NCBI GenBank assembly: GCA_037443365.1
Contig: JBBIOM010000013.1
Coordinates: 26,896-49,691 of the forward strand
Direction of reading: 5' to 3'
Source: Armatimonadota bacterium
GTDB lineage: Bacteria; Sysuimicrobiota; Sysuimicrobiia; Sysuimicrobiales; Humicultoraceae
DNA: 22,796 nt
Within the stretch, counting starts at the first letter, position 1. Each line of letters opens with the position of its first letter. The notes under the pieces are model-generated. The model was given only the letters and a program-made list of their open reading frames with translations, ran no database searches and was not told the DNA's origin. The position numbers and the translations under genes are program-made. Shown here piece by piece: positions 1 to 8,055 of the stretch.

Positions 1-121
1 CGCGCTGGTTGTCCGTGATCGCGCGCAGCAATGCCTGGGGATCGGCCGCCGCCGCCCCCCCAGCCGCTGCACCGGCCGCCGCCGCGAGCACCAGCACCAT
101 GCACAAACCGAGCGTCTTCAC
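1..121 (-). CDS. 5' part of a secreted protein, probably a LolA-like outer-membrane lipoprotein-sorting family protein (runs off the window edge)
   Basis: Not in the ORF track; translated by hand. GTG at 121 is preceded by GAGGTGA, 9 nt after the permease stop, and gives MKTLGLCMVLVLAAAAGAAAGGAAAADPQALLRAITDNQR..., a Sec-type signal peptide followed by a helix. The LolA-like call rests mainly on its position after a LolC/E-like permease. Confidence 0.65.
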   Translation of the reverse strand, partial: MKTLGLCMVLVLAAAAGAAAGGAAAADPQALLRAITDNQR

Positions 122-130
122 CCGTTCACC

Positions 131-1345
131 TCACTCCACCCTCATCGCCCGGGCAGGATTCAGGCGGCGAATCCGCCGCGCCGGGATGAGCACGGCGAGC
201 ACGACGGCGATGACCACGGTTATGGAGGCGTACAGGGCGTAGGCCGGGCGCACCGCCGCGTAGATCTCTCCTCCAAAGGGGAACGAAGTGTACGCGCTGC
301 TGAGCGATCCGAACAGGTTGCCCAGGACGTTGACGCGCGCGAGCGCGGCCAGCGTCGCGTACCCGGCGGCCAGCCCGGATGCCCAACCGATTCCCGTGGT
401 TATGAGCGTCTCGAGCACAACCACCATGGCCAGGCGGCTGGGGGCCATGCCCAGGGCGGCGATCATTCCCAACTCCCTTGTGCGCTCGATCACGCTCACC
501 ACCGCGGTGCTCGTCACCGCGGCGGCCGCGACCACTGCGAAGATCAGGGCGATCGGCAGCGAGCTGGCGCGGCGCATCTCCAGGGCATCCTGCATGGCGC
601 CGAGGCTCTCGGAGAGCCCATACGCATGCAGGCCCTGGGGAAGGAGATGCTGGATCTCCGATGCAACCGCGTCTTCCCTACCGCGGGCGACATCCAGCAC
701 GATGCCGGTGGCCGTTCGGACGCCGGTGAGCCGCCGGGCGTCTTCGATGTGAACGAGCACCGCGCGGTCGTCTATGGCCTGCACGCCGGTTGCCACCAGT
801 CCGACGACCACGAGTCCCGCGGCCCGCGGCCCGGCGAGCGAGGCGGCATCAAGGACCGCGCGCTCTCCCAGACGGACGTCTATGCGCTCGGCAAGCCCCT
901 GGCCCAGCACGAGCTCGCCGGGTGAGCGCAGCATCCGCCCTCCGGCGATGCGCGAGGGGACCACGCTGACGGCGCGCTCTTCCTCGGGCTGCACGCCGCG
1001 CGCCTGCACCGACTGCGCCGTGTAGGCCGACCGGATGAGGGCCGGGAACTCGAGGCGCAGCGCCATGGCCCGGACTCCAGGGGCCTGTCGCAGCGCGGCG
1101 GCCACGCCGAGGTCAGGCAGCGCGTGCTCTGGGTCCGGATCGTCCCAGTAGGCGGTGGCCGCAACCAGCACCGGCGCGGCCACGAACCGCGCCTGGGTGG
1201 TCAAAACCGAGGCGATGATCCCGTCGTTCAGGCCCCAGAAGAAGATGCCGCCAAACGCGGCGTACGCGACGGCCAGCACCAGCAGGAACGTGCGCCGGCG
1301 ATGCCGCCACACGTTGCGCCATGCCAGGCGGGCCAGCGCCTTCAC
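131..1345 (-). CDS. ABC transporter permease, FtsX/LolC-LolE/MacB-like (404 aa)
   Basis: Starts VKALARLAWRNVWRHRRRT, followed by one TM helix, a large extracytoplasmic region, the ERTRELGMIAALG motif, three further TM helices and a C-terminal PARRIRRLNPARAMR. The GTG start at 1345 overlaps the upstream TGA (GTGA). Confidence 0.9.
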   Translation of the reverse strand: MKALARLAWRNVWRHRRRTFLLVLAVAYAAFGGIFFWGLNDGIIASVLTTQARFVAAPVLVAATAYWDDPDPEHALPDLGVAAALRQAPGVRAMALRLEFPALIRSAYTAQSVQARGVQPEEERAVSVVPSRIAGGRMLRSPGELVLGQGLAERIDVRLGERAVLDAASLAGPRAAGLVVVGLVATGVQAIDDRAVLVHIEDARRLTGVRTATGIVLDVARGREDAVASEIQHLLPQGLHAYGLSESLGAMQDALEMRRASSLPIALIFAVVAAAAVTSTAVVSVIERTRELGMIAALGMAPSRLAMVVVLETLITTGIGWASGLAAGYATLAALARVNVLGNLFGSLSSAYTSFPFGGEIYAAVRPAYALYASITVVIAVVLAVLIPARRIRRLNPARAMRVE

Positions 1346-1848
1346 CGCCGGCCCCTCTTGGCCCGGCCGCGGCGCGCCACCCACTCGGCGAGCATACGAT
1401 CGGTCACCCGTGCAAAGAGCGCCGCCCACTCCCGCAGCTCCTCAAGTCGATCCCGCCCCGGATGCCCTGCGGGCAGCTCGCCCATCGCCTGCTCGGCGAG
1501 ATCGCGGTAGCGGCCGGCCTCCGCGCGGCGCATGGCCAGCGCGTGCTCCCAGGCATGCGGTGAGAAGAGGTAGCGTCCGGCGCGGCTTCCCGGGACCCGC
1601 ATCCGCTCAACGACCCCCAGCGAGAGGAGCCCGCGGATGTCGGTGGAGACGCTGCTGCGGCTGACCCGCAGGGTGCGCGCGATCTCATCTCCGGTGAGCG
1701 GGCGCTCGGCCACCAGCAGCAGCCCGAAGATGCGCCCGGCCCCGGCGGGTGAGCCGTACCTCTCCCACATCGCGCCCAGCGCCTCGATGAAGCGCATGAT
1801 CTGCGGGCTCGCCTGGGGGACGTGCGCGGTCCGGTCGCGGGCTCCCAT
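1342..1848 (-). CDS. GbsR/MarR-family winged-helix transcriptional regulator (168 aa)
   Basis: FIEALGAMWERYGSPAGAGRIFGLLLVAERPLTGDEIARTLRVSRSSVSTDIRGLLSLGVVER is a GbsR-like wHTH signature. ATG at 1848 has GGGAG upstream. Confidence 0.88.
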   Translation of the reverse strand: MGARDRTAHVPQASPQIMRFIEALGAMWERYGSPAGAGRIFGLLLVAERPLTGDEIARTLRVSRSSVSTDIRGLLSLGVVERMRVPGSRAGRYLFSPHAWEHALAMRRAEAGRYRDLAEQAMGELPAGHPGRDRLEELREWAALFARVTDRMLAEWVARRGRAKRGRR

Positions 1849-1865
1849 GAAGGCTCCCGACACCA

Positions 1866-1901
1866 ATCGTGGAACTTTCGGAAGTTTCTGTCAAGACTGA
1901 A
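1866..1901 (-). promoter_or_regulatory. Sigma70-type promoter with overlapping palindromic operator candidates for the regulator-permease operon
   Basis: Minus strand has TTGACA (1894-1889), a 17-nt spacer and CACGAT (1871-1866). Imperfect palindromes lie at 1871-1888 (14/18 symmetric) and 1886-1901 (12/16 symmetric). Confidence 0.7.
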
Positions 1902-2874
1902 GGATCGTCTTCGCGAACCCCACCCATGCCGGCATCCGCACGAACCCGAACTTGTCGTTGATCGCCAGCATGGCCTCGTTCCGGCTGCTGTTGAACGTGC
2001 GGATCACCTGGTAGCCGCGCTCCTGCGCGTAGGCGACCGTGGCCGCCTTCAGCGCCTGCGCTATCCCCTGCCCGCGGAAGGCCGCCATCACCGCGGTCAG
2101 CTGCTGGTGGAGCATCCCGGGATCGCCGTCGCTGCGCTTCAGCGCGCTCTCGCCGATGAAGAGGTCTCCCTTCTTGGCCAGGAAGAACGCGTCGAGCAAG
2201 ACCCTGGGGTGCCGGACCTCGTGCTTCACGAACTCCTCCAGCGAGTGCGGCGTGGGCGGATCAGGGTCGTCGTGGGGCACATCCATGTCGAGCGCGCAGT
2301 GCGCCTGGTAGACGGCCCAGAGCCGATCGGGGTCGCGGCCCAGTTCCTCCTCCAGCGTCGTGATTACGACCCCCAACGAAGCAGCGCGCTCCGTGTAGCA
2401 GCGGAACCTCTCGAGATCGACGCCGGCGACCTCGAGCCGCGACTCGAAGTCGCGCGAGTGCTCGACGAACCCTGCCCTCTGAAGGAATCCGAGAGAGCGC
2501 GCGCGGTCCTCCCGTGTCCAGGCCTTCAGCCGGCGTCCACCCAGGGCCTGGGCCGAGGAGACTATCGCGTCCATCATCCGGCGGCCAATGCCTCTTCCCT
2601 GATGGCATGGGTGGACGTTTGCGAACACGAAGAACTTCTCCGGGTGGTGCGCCCAGGGCACGTGGCGGTAGCCGCCGTACGCGACCGCGCGGTCGTCCCC
2701 GGTGGGTGTTGCGACCAGCCACTCGCTGACGTAGCGCGTCCGGTCGATGCGCCCGATATCCTCCCGCATCTCCTCGATCGTGACGTGCAGGTCCGGGTTG
2801 ATCGCGTTGTGGATCTCCACGAGCGCCGGGAGGTCGGTCTCGGTGAGAGGCCGGATGATCGCTTCTGTGGCCAT
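1891..2874 (-). CDS. Tandem-domain GNAT-family N-acetyltransferase (327 aa)
   Basis: Two acetyl-CoA-binding motif A copies (VHPCHQGRGIG and VMAAFRGQGIA) and the C-terminal NSSRNEAMLAINDKFGF motif. Start placed at ATG 2874 (MATEAIIRP). Confidence 0.9.
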   Translation of the reverse strand: MATEAIIRPLTETDLPALVEIHNAINPDLHVTIEEMREDIGRIDRTRYVSEWLVATPTGDDRAVAYGGYRHVPWAHHPEKFFVFANVHPCHQGRGIGRRMMDAIVSSAQALGGRRLKAWTREDRARSLGFLQRAGFVEHSRDFESRLEVAGVDLERFRCYTERAASLGVVITTLEEELGRDPDRLWAVYQAHCALDMDVPHDDPDPPTPHSLEEFVKHEVRHPRVLLDAFFLAKKGDLFIGESALKRSDGDPGMLHQQLTAVMAAFRGQGIAQALKAATVAYAQERGYQVIRTFNSSRNEAMLAINDKFGFVRMPAWVGFAKTILQS

Positions 2875-2883
2875 GGCCCGAAC

Positions 2884-2892
2884 ATTGTAGCA
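2884..2892 (-). promoter_or_regulatory. Extended -10 promoter (TGnTACAAT) of the GNAT gene
   Basis: Minus strand TGCTACAAT ends 9 nt before ATG 2874, with no Shine-Dalgarno in between. Confidence 0.6.
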
Positions 2893-2902
2893 GAAGCGCG
2901 TA

Positions 2903-2927
2903 AGGACACGGCGGATGCGTGTCGAAC
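2903..2927 (+). promoter_or_regulatory. Putative alternative-sigma (sigma-H-like) promoter AGGA-N17-GAAC
   Basis: AGGA at 2903-2906, 17 nt, GAAC at 2924-2927, upstream of the M20 gene RBS. The same spacing recurs at other gene starts. Confidence 0.45.
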
Positions 2928-2962
2928 TTCCAGGAAGCCCAGGATACGCGGAGGAGGACACC

Positions 2963-4159
2963 GTGAAGGACTCATCCATGGAAGCAAGCGCCGCCCGCCT
3001 GGCGGCCTCAACCGCCGGTCGCGTGGAAGACGCGCTCCGCCTGCTCGGGACGCTGGTCAACATGGATACCGGCTCGCGCTGCCTGGACGGCCTCGCCTCG
3101 GCGGCCGATTGGCTGCGGGAGCGCCTCGAGGAGCTGGGCTTCGCCGTGGAGCGGCACGCGCACGCCGCCGCCGGACCGACGCTGGTGGGACGCAGATCCG
3201 GGACCGGACGCCTGCGGCTGCTCTTCCTGGGGCACTACGACACGGTCTTTGACGCGGGCGAGGCCTCCAGGCGACCGTTTCGCCTGCGGGACGGCCGCGC
3301 CTACGGGCCGGGCGTGGCGGACATGAAGGCCGGCCTGGTCACGCAGTGGGAGGCGCTGCGGGCCCTGGGTGAGGCGGGTTGGGACGACTACGCGTCGCTT
3401 GTCGCGGTCTACAACGCCGATGAGGAGGTCGGGTCGGTCGCCTCGCGCGAGATCATCGAGGCCGAGGCCCGCAACTGCGACGTTTGTCTTGTGCACGAGC
3501 CGGGCCGCCACGATGGCTCGGTGGTCACGGCGCGCAAGGGTGTCGGCAGGTACGTCCTCACGGTTCACGGCAGGGCGGCCCACGCGGGCGTCAACCCCGA
3601 GGAAGGCGCGAGCGCGGTCGTGGCCCTGGCGCGCAAGATCCTGGAGGTGCACGCGCTCAACGATCCTGCCGCGGGCGTCTCGGCCAACGCCATCGTGACC
3701 GCAGGCGGCACCCGCTCAAACGTGGTGCCTGATCTGGCCGTGGCCGAGATTGACCTGAGATTGCCCACCGCGGCCACGGGCGCACTCGCCGTGGCGCGCC
3801 TGGAGGAGATCGCACGCGGCGAGCATCTTCCGGGCACGCGCGCGACGCTTGCAGGCGGAGTCAACCGGCCGCCGTTCGAGGCCGGGCAGGGCAACCTGGC
3901 GCTGTTTGCGATTGCGCGTGAGGCCGCATCCGCGCTCGGATTCCCGCTCCAGGCGGCAGCCACCGGCGGGGGCTCAGACGGCAACTTCGTCGCGGCGCTG
4001 GGGGTGCCGGTGCTGGATGGGCTGGGCGCGGTGGGCGGCGGCTACCACGGTCCCGACGAGTACCTGGATGTCGCCACGCTGCCCCAGCGCGCGGCGCTGA
4101 CGGCCCTGCTGGTCCAGGAGGCCTGCCGCCGCGCAGAGATGTTCCGCCGTCCGGGCTAG
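2963..4159 (+). CDS. M20-family metallopeptidase, glutamate carboxypeptidase (CPG2)/ArgE-like (398 aa)
   Basis: Metal and catalytic motifs GHYDTV, GPGVADMKAG, ADEE, HEP, GRAAHAG, GGGSDGN and GGGYH. GTG at 2963 follows a strong GGAGGAGG RBS. Confidence 0.92.
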   Translation: MKDSSMEASAARLAASTAGRVEDALRLLGTLVNMDTGSRCLDGLASAADWLRERLEELGFAVERHAHAAAGPTLVGRRSGTGRLRLLFLGHYDTVFDAGEASRRPFRLRDGRAYGPGVADMKAGLVTQWEALRALGEAGWDDYASLVAVYNADEEVGSVASREIIEAEARNCDVCLVHEPGRHDGSVVTARKGVGRYVLTVHGRAAHAGVNPEEGASAVVALARKILEVHALNDPAAGVSANAIVTAGGTRSNVVPDLAVAEIDLRLPTAATGALAVARLEEIARGEHLPGTRATLAGGVNRPPFEAGQGNLALFAIAREAASALGFPLQAAATGGGSDGNFVAALGVPVLDGLGAVGGGYHGPDEYLDVATLPQRAALTALLVQEACRRAEMFRRPG

Positions 4160-5292
4160 TTGGTATCCGCGCCCTCGTCGGTCTCGCACCTCACGCCCAT
4201 GCTCCGCATGTCGGCGAGCAGGCGGGACGGTTCCACGAGGTGCCCCATCATGTGCAGGCCGGGCCTCCGGGAAGATCCGTCCAGGACCTGCAGGAGGCAG
4301 GCCGCCACCGGCGCGGCCGTGAGCGCGTAGCCATCCTCGTGGTACAGGATGAGCCGCATCTTGCGGCGCGCGCCCGCGCGCACCCCCTCAGCGTCCAACT
4401 GCAAGACCACCCCGTAGGGAGGCCCCGTGAAGAACCTGGTGGACCAGCACAGCAGTCGTGCCATGGGTCCGGTCAGCGCTCTGGGGAAGAACCACACGCC
4501 CGTCATCACGATCGGCGTGACGACCCAATCCGCGAACCAGTTGAATCCGGCGACGTAGAAGCCGGCATCCAGGATGCCCGGGATCATCTCGGGGATGCCG
4601 CGCAGCTCCTCGAGCGGCAGCGGCACGCAGCCGCGCGTGCCGAATCCGCGGCCGAACCGGATGCGGCGGTACGGATTCCAGAAACTGATCCCGCGCCACG
4701 CGCCTCCCCGGTAGACCTTCGGGCGGTAGTGCCGGAACGACTCCACCAGCTCATCCGCGCCACCGCTGTAGGGCAGCCCGCCTTGCGGGTTCAGGACGCT
4801 GGCCGTGATCGCGCGCTCGAGGCGGTCGAAGCGCGAGGCCGCGTACCTGACCAGGGCCGAGGGGAGCCCGGGATGGAATCCCGCCTCCGTTATGAAGCAC
4901 CGGCCCGCCTGCTCGATCGCGCCGGCCATGCCTCGGAGAACGCGGAGTTTCCTTGCGGAGTACTGAATGTCGAGGTAGTCCAGGCCGCGCTCGAGCGCCG
5001 AGCGCGCGACCGTCGCGGCGTGCCCGACGGTGCTCGATGCGACCACCACGATGCCGGCGCCGTCGAACGCCGCGGCCAGAGTCGTCGCGTCGCCCGCGTC
5101 CGCGCGCACGCCGGTTACGCGGCCGCCGTTGAACCGGTCGTTCAACTCACGGGCGGCCTGCCTGGCCTTCTCGCCATTCCGGCCTGCCAGGACCAGGTCG
5201 GCCTCGGTCTCCTGCAAGAGGAGCGGCGCCAGCGCGCTCCCGGCATATCCGTAGCCGCCCAGGATGACGATGCGCGTCCCCACGCTACCCAC
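4156..5292 (-). CDS. Saccharopine dehydrogenase-like NAD(P)-dependent oxidoreductase
   Basis: N-terminal Rossmann motif IVILGGYGYAG, then LAGRN, DYLDI and EAGFHPGLPS, typical of the saccharopine dehydrogenase NADP-binding family. The start overlaps the acnA stop by 8 nt; GTG 5283 is an alternative start. Confidence 0.8.
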   Translation of the reverse strand: MGSVGTRIVILGGYGYAGSALAPLLLQETEADLVLAGRNGEKARQAARELNDRFNGGRVTGVRADAGDATTLAAAFDGAGIVVVASSTVGHAATVARSALERGLDYLDIQYSARKLRVLRGMAGAIEQAGRCFITEAGFHPGLPSALVRYAASRFDRLERAITASVLNPQGGLPYSGGADELVESFRHYRPKVYRGGAWRGISFWNPYRRIRFGRGFGTRGCVPLPLEELRGIPEMIPGILDAGFYVAGFNWFADWVVTPIVMTGVWFFPRALTGPMARLLCWSTRFFTGPPYGVVLQLDAEGVRAGARRKMRLILYHEDGYALTAAPVAACLLQVLDGSSRRPGLHMMGHLVEPSRLLADMRSMGVRCETDEGADTN

Positions 5293-7972
5293 CCAGCATC
5301 CTGCGCAGCATCATGTGAAGGATGCCGCCGTGCCTGTAGTACTCGATCTCCACGGGCGCATCTATCCGCACGAGCGCCTCGAACTCGACGGTGGAGCCGT
5401 CCGGTCGCGTGGCGCGCACACCCACGCGCTGCCGCGGCTTCAGGTCTTCTCCGATCCCTTCTATGTCGTAGGTCTCGCACCCGTCCAGCCCGAGCGTCTC
5501 CCGGCCCTGCCCGTCGGGGAACTGCAGCGGCAGAACGCCCATGCCCACCAGGTTGCTGCGGTGGATCCTCTCGAAGCCCTCGACGATCACCGCGCGTACC
5601 CCGAGCAGGGCAGGTCCCTTCGCCGCCCAGTCGCGCGAGCTGCCCGTGCCGTATTCCTTTCCGGCGATGACGATGAGCGGGACGCCCTCCTGCCGGTAGC
5701 GCATCGCCGCATCGTAGATGCGCAAGGTCTCGCGGCTGGGCAGGTGGACGGTCTTTGGGCCTTCGACGCCCGGCAGCATGAGGTTCCTGAGCCGGATGTT
5801 TCCGAAGGTGCCCCGCATCATCACCTCGTGGTTGCCGCGGCGCGCCCCGTAGGTGCTGAACTCCGCCGGGGTCACGCCCTGCTCGATCAGGTACTGACCT
5901 GCCGGGCTGTCGGGGACGATCGCTCCGGCGGGCGATATGTGATCGGTCGTGATGGAGTCGCCCAGCACGACCAGGGCACGGGCGCCCGTGATGCTGCGAA
6001 GCGCCGCCGGACTTGGGGGCAGATCAACGAAGTACGGCGGCTCCCGTATGTAGGTGGATGCAGGATCCCACTCGTACACCTCACCGCCTGGGACCGGCAG
6101 GTCCCTCCAGTCGGCGCCGCCCGCCAGGACCTGCGCGTACTGCTCCAGGAAGTGCTCCCGCCGAAGGGCGGCCTGCCCGACCGCGCGGATCTCCTCCTGT
6201 GTGGGCCAGATGTCGCGCAGGTGGACCGGTGCGCCGTCCTGTCCCGTCCCCAGCGGATCGCTGGTCAGGTCCGCGTCCATGCGCCCGGCCAGGGCGTAGG
6301 CCACGACCAGCGGCGGCGAGGCCAGATAGTTGGCGCGCACAAGGGGATGCACGCGGCCCTCGAAGTTGCGGTTGCCGGAGAGCACCGCTGCTACGACCAG
6401 GTCGCCCTCGCGCACAGACGCGGCCACCGGCTCCGGCAGCGGGCCGGAGTTGCCGATGCACGTGGTGCATCCGTAGCCGACGACGTGGAAGCCGAGGCGC
6501 TCGAGAGGTTCGAGCAGGCCGGCTTCTCGCAGGTACGCGGTGACCGCGCGCGACCCGGGCGCCAGGCTGGTCTTGACGTGCGCGGGTGGGCGCAGCCCGC
6601 GCCGCACCGCCGCGCGGGCGAGCAGCCCGGCGGCGATCATCACCGATGGATTGGACGTGTTCGTGCAGGAAGTTACAGCCGCGATCACGACCGCGCCGTG
6701 ATCCAGGCCGCCGGCGGCCCGCTTCACCTGATCGCCTTCCAGGCCGAAGCCGCGCTCTCTGCCAGGCGCGACAAGCGCGCGCCGGAACGCGCGCCCGGCC
6801 TCACGCAGCGCCACCCTGTCCTGCGGTCGCCTGGGGCCGGCCAGGCATGGCTCGACCTCGCCGAGGTCGAGCACCTCGATTTCGCTGAACTCGGGCTCCG
6901 GCGTGGCCCTGCTTCGGAACAGCCCCTGCTCCTTGCAGTAGGCCTCGACCAGCGCGACGTGCCCCTCCGCGCGCCCGGTGAGGCGCAGGTACGCCAGGGT
7001 CTCCTCGTCCACAGGGAAGAACGCGACCGTGGCGCCGTACTCGGGCGCCATGTTGGCGAGCGTGGCGCGATCGGGCAGCGACAACGCATCCACCCCTGTG
7101 CCGAAGAACTCCACGAACTTGCCCACGACCCCCCGCTTCCTCAGCAGTTCGGTCGCGGTCAGCACCAGGTCGGTCGCGGTTGCGCCCTCGCGCAGGGCGC
7201 CGACAAGCCGGACGCCCACCACCTCGGGCAGGAGCACGTAGAACGGCTGCCCCAGCATGTTGGCCTCGGCCTCTATGCCGCCGACGCCCCAGCCCAGCAC
7301 GCCCAGCCCGTTTATCATCGTCGTGTGCGAATCCAGCCCCACCAGCGAGTCGGGGAATGCGATCGTGCGGCCGCCCGCGCTGCGCGTGGCGACCACACCG
7401 GAGAGGTATTCCAGGTTGACCTGGTGTACGATGCCGGCGCCCGGCGGCACCAGCCGGAAGTTGTGGAAGGCGCCCTGCGCCCAGCGGAGGAACGCGTAGC
7501 GCTCGCGGTTGCGCTCGAACTCGCGCCGCATGTTGACGGCCAGCGCGTCCGGGGAAGCAAACGCGTCCACCTGCACCGAGTGATCTATGACCAGGTCAAC
7601 CGGGTTGAGGGGATTCACCCTGGCCGGATCCGCGCCGCGGCGGCGCAGCTCGGCACGCATCGCCGCCAGGTCGGCCACAGCCGGGATGCCGGTCAGATCC
7701 TGAAGCAGCACGCGAGCCGGCAGGAACGGGACCTCGCGCGCCGCGGGGCGAGGCGCCCAGCCGGCGACCGCCCTGACGTCGTCCGCGGTCACCCGCACGC
7801 CGTCGCACTGGCGCAGCACGGACTCCAGGAGCACCCGGATCGAGAACGGCAGGCGGTCAGGCCTCTCCAGTCCCGCGCGGGCCAGCCGGTCCAGCCGGTA
7901 GATCTCCACGATACCTTCCGGGGTCTGCAGGGTGTCGCGCGCGCCGAACGCGTCGGTCTCTGGATGTGGCAT
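5285..7972 (-). CDS. acnA: Aconitate hydratase A (AcnA/IRP family, 895 aa)
   Basis: LPFSIRVLLES, DLVIDHSVQVD, GIVHQVNLEYL, DSHTTMING, 4Fe-4S ligands in TSCTNTSNP and GYGCTTCIGNSG, SGNRNFEGR, TTDHISPAG and GSSRDWAAKG. RBS AGAGGTGA. Confidence 0.97.
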   Translation of the reverse strand: MPHPETDAFGARDTLQTPEGIVEIYRLDRLARAGLERPDRLPFSIRVLLESVLRQCDGVRVTADDVRAVAGWAPRPAAREVPFLPARVLLQDLTGIPAVADLAAMRAELRRRGADPARVNPLNPVDLVIDHSVQVDAFASPDALAVNMRREFERNRERYAFLRWAQGAFHNFRLVPPGAGIVHQVNLEYLSGVVATRSAGGRTIAFPDSLVGLDSHTTMINGLGVLGWGVGGIEAEANMLGQPFYVLLPEVVGVRLVGALREGATATDLVLTATELLRKRGVVGKFVEFFGTGVDALSLPDRATLANMAPEYGATVAFFPVDEETLAYLRLTGRAEGHVALVEAYCKEQGLFRSRATPEPEFSEIEVLDLGEVEPCLAGPRRPQDRVALREAGRAFRRALVAPGRERGFGLEGDQVKRAAGGLDHGAVVIAAVTSCTNTSNPSVMIAAGLLARAAVRRGLRPPAHVKTSLAPGSRAVTAYLREAGLLEPLERLGFHVVGYGCTTCIGNSGPLPEPVAASVREGDLVVAAVLSGNRNFEGRVHPLVRANYLASPPLVVAYALAGRMDADLTSDPLGTGQDGAPVHLRDIWPTQEEIRAVGQAALRREHFLEQYAQVLAGGADWRDLPVPGGEVYEWDPASTYIREPPYFVDLPPSPAALRSITGARALVVLGDSITTDHISPAGAIVPDSPAGQYLIEQGVTPAEFSTYGARRGNHEVMMRGTFGNIRLRNLMLPGVEGPKTVHLPSRETLRIYDAAMRYRQEGVPLIVIAGKEYGTGSSRDWAAKGPALLGVRAVIVEGFERIHRSNLVGMGVLPLQFPDGQGRETLGLDGCETYDIEGIGEDLKPRQRVGVRATRPDGSTVEFEALVRIDAPVEIEYYRHGGILHMMLRRMLGG

Positions 7973-7999
7973 GCGTCACCTCTGTGGGCGTTCCCCGTG

Positions 8000-8028
8000 A
8001 TTCTACCGGACAGCGGGCAGGAGATGAA
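8000..8028 (-). promoter_or_regulatory. Putative sigma70-type promoter of acnA
   Basis: Minus strand TTCATC (8028-8023), 17 nt, TAGAAT (8005-8000), ending 27 nt upstream of the acnA ATG. The -35 element is weak. Confidence 0.45.
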
Positions 8029-8055
8029 TCCCGGTTGGGCCAACCTCAACACGTG

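Noticed and set aside
1822..3252. 476-aa + strand ORF, and similar long ORFs at 4240-5670, 9779-11524, 14094-15596, 17255-18781 and 21149-22687
   Set aside because: All overlap well-supported genes on the opposite strand and have low-complexity Arg/Ala/Gly/Pro-rich translations with no family motifs.
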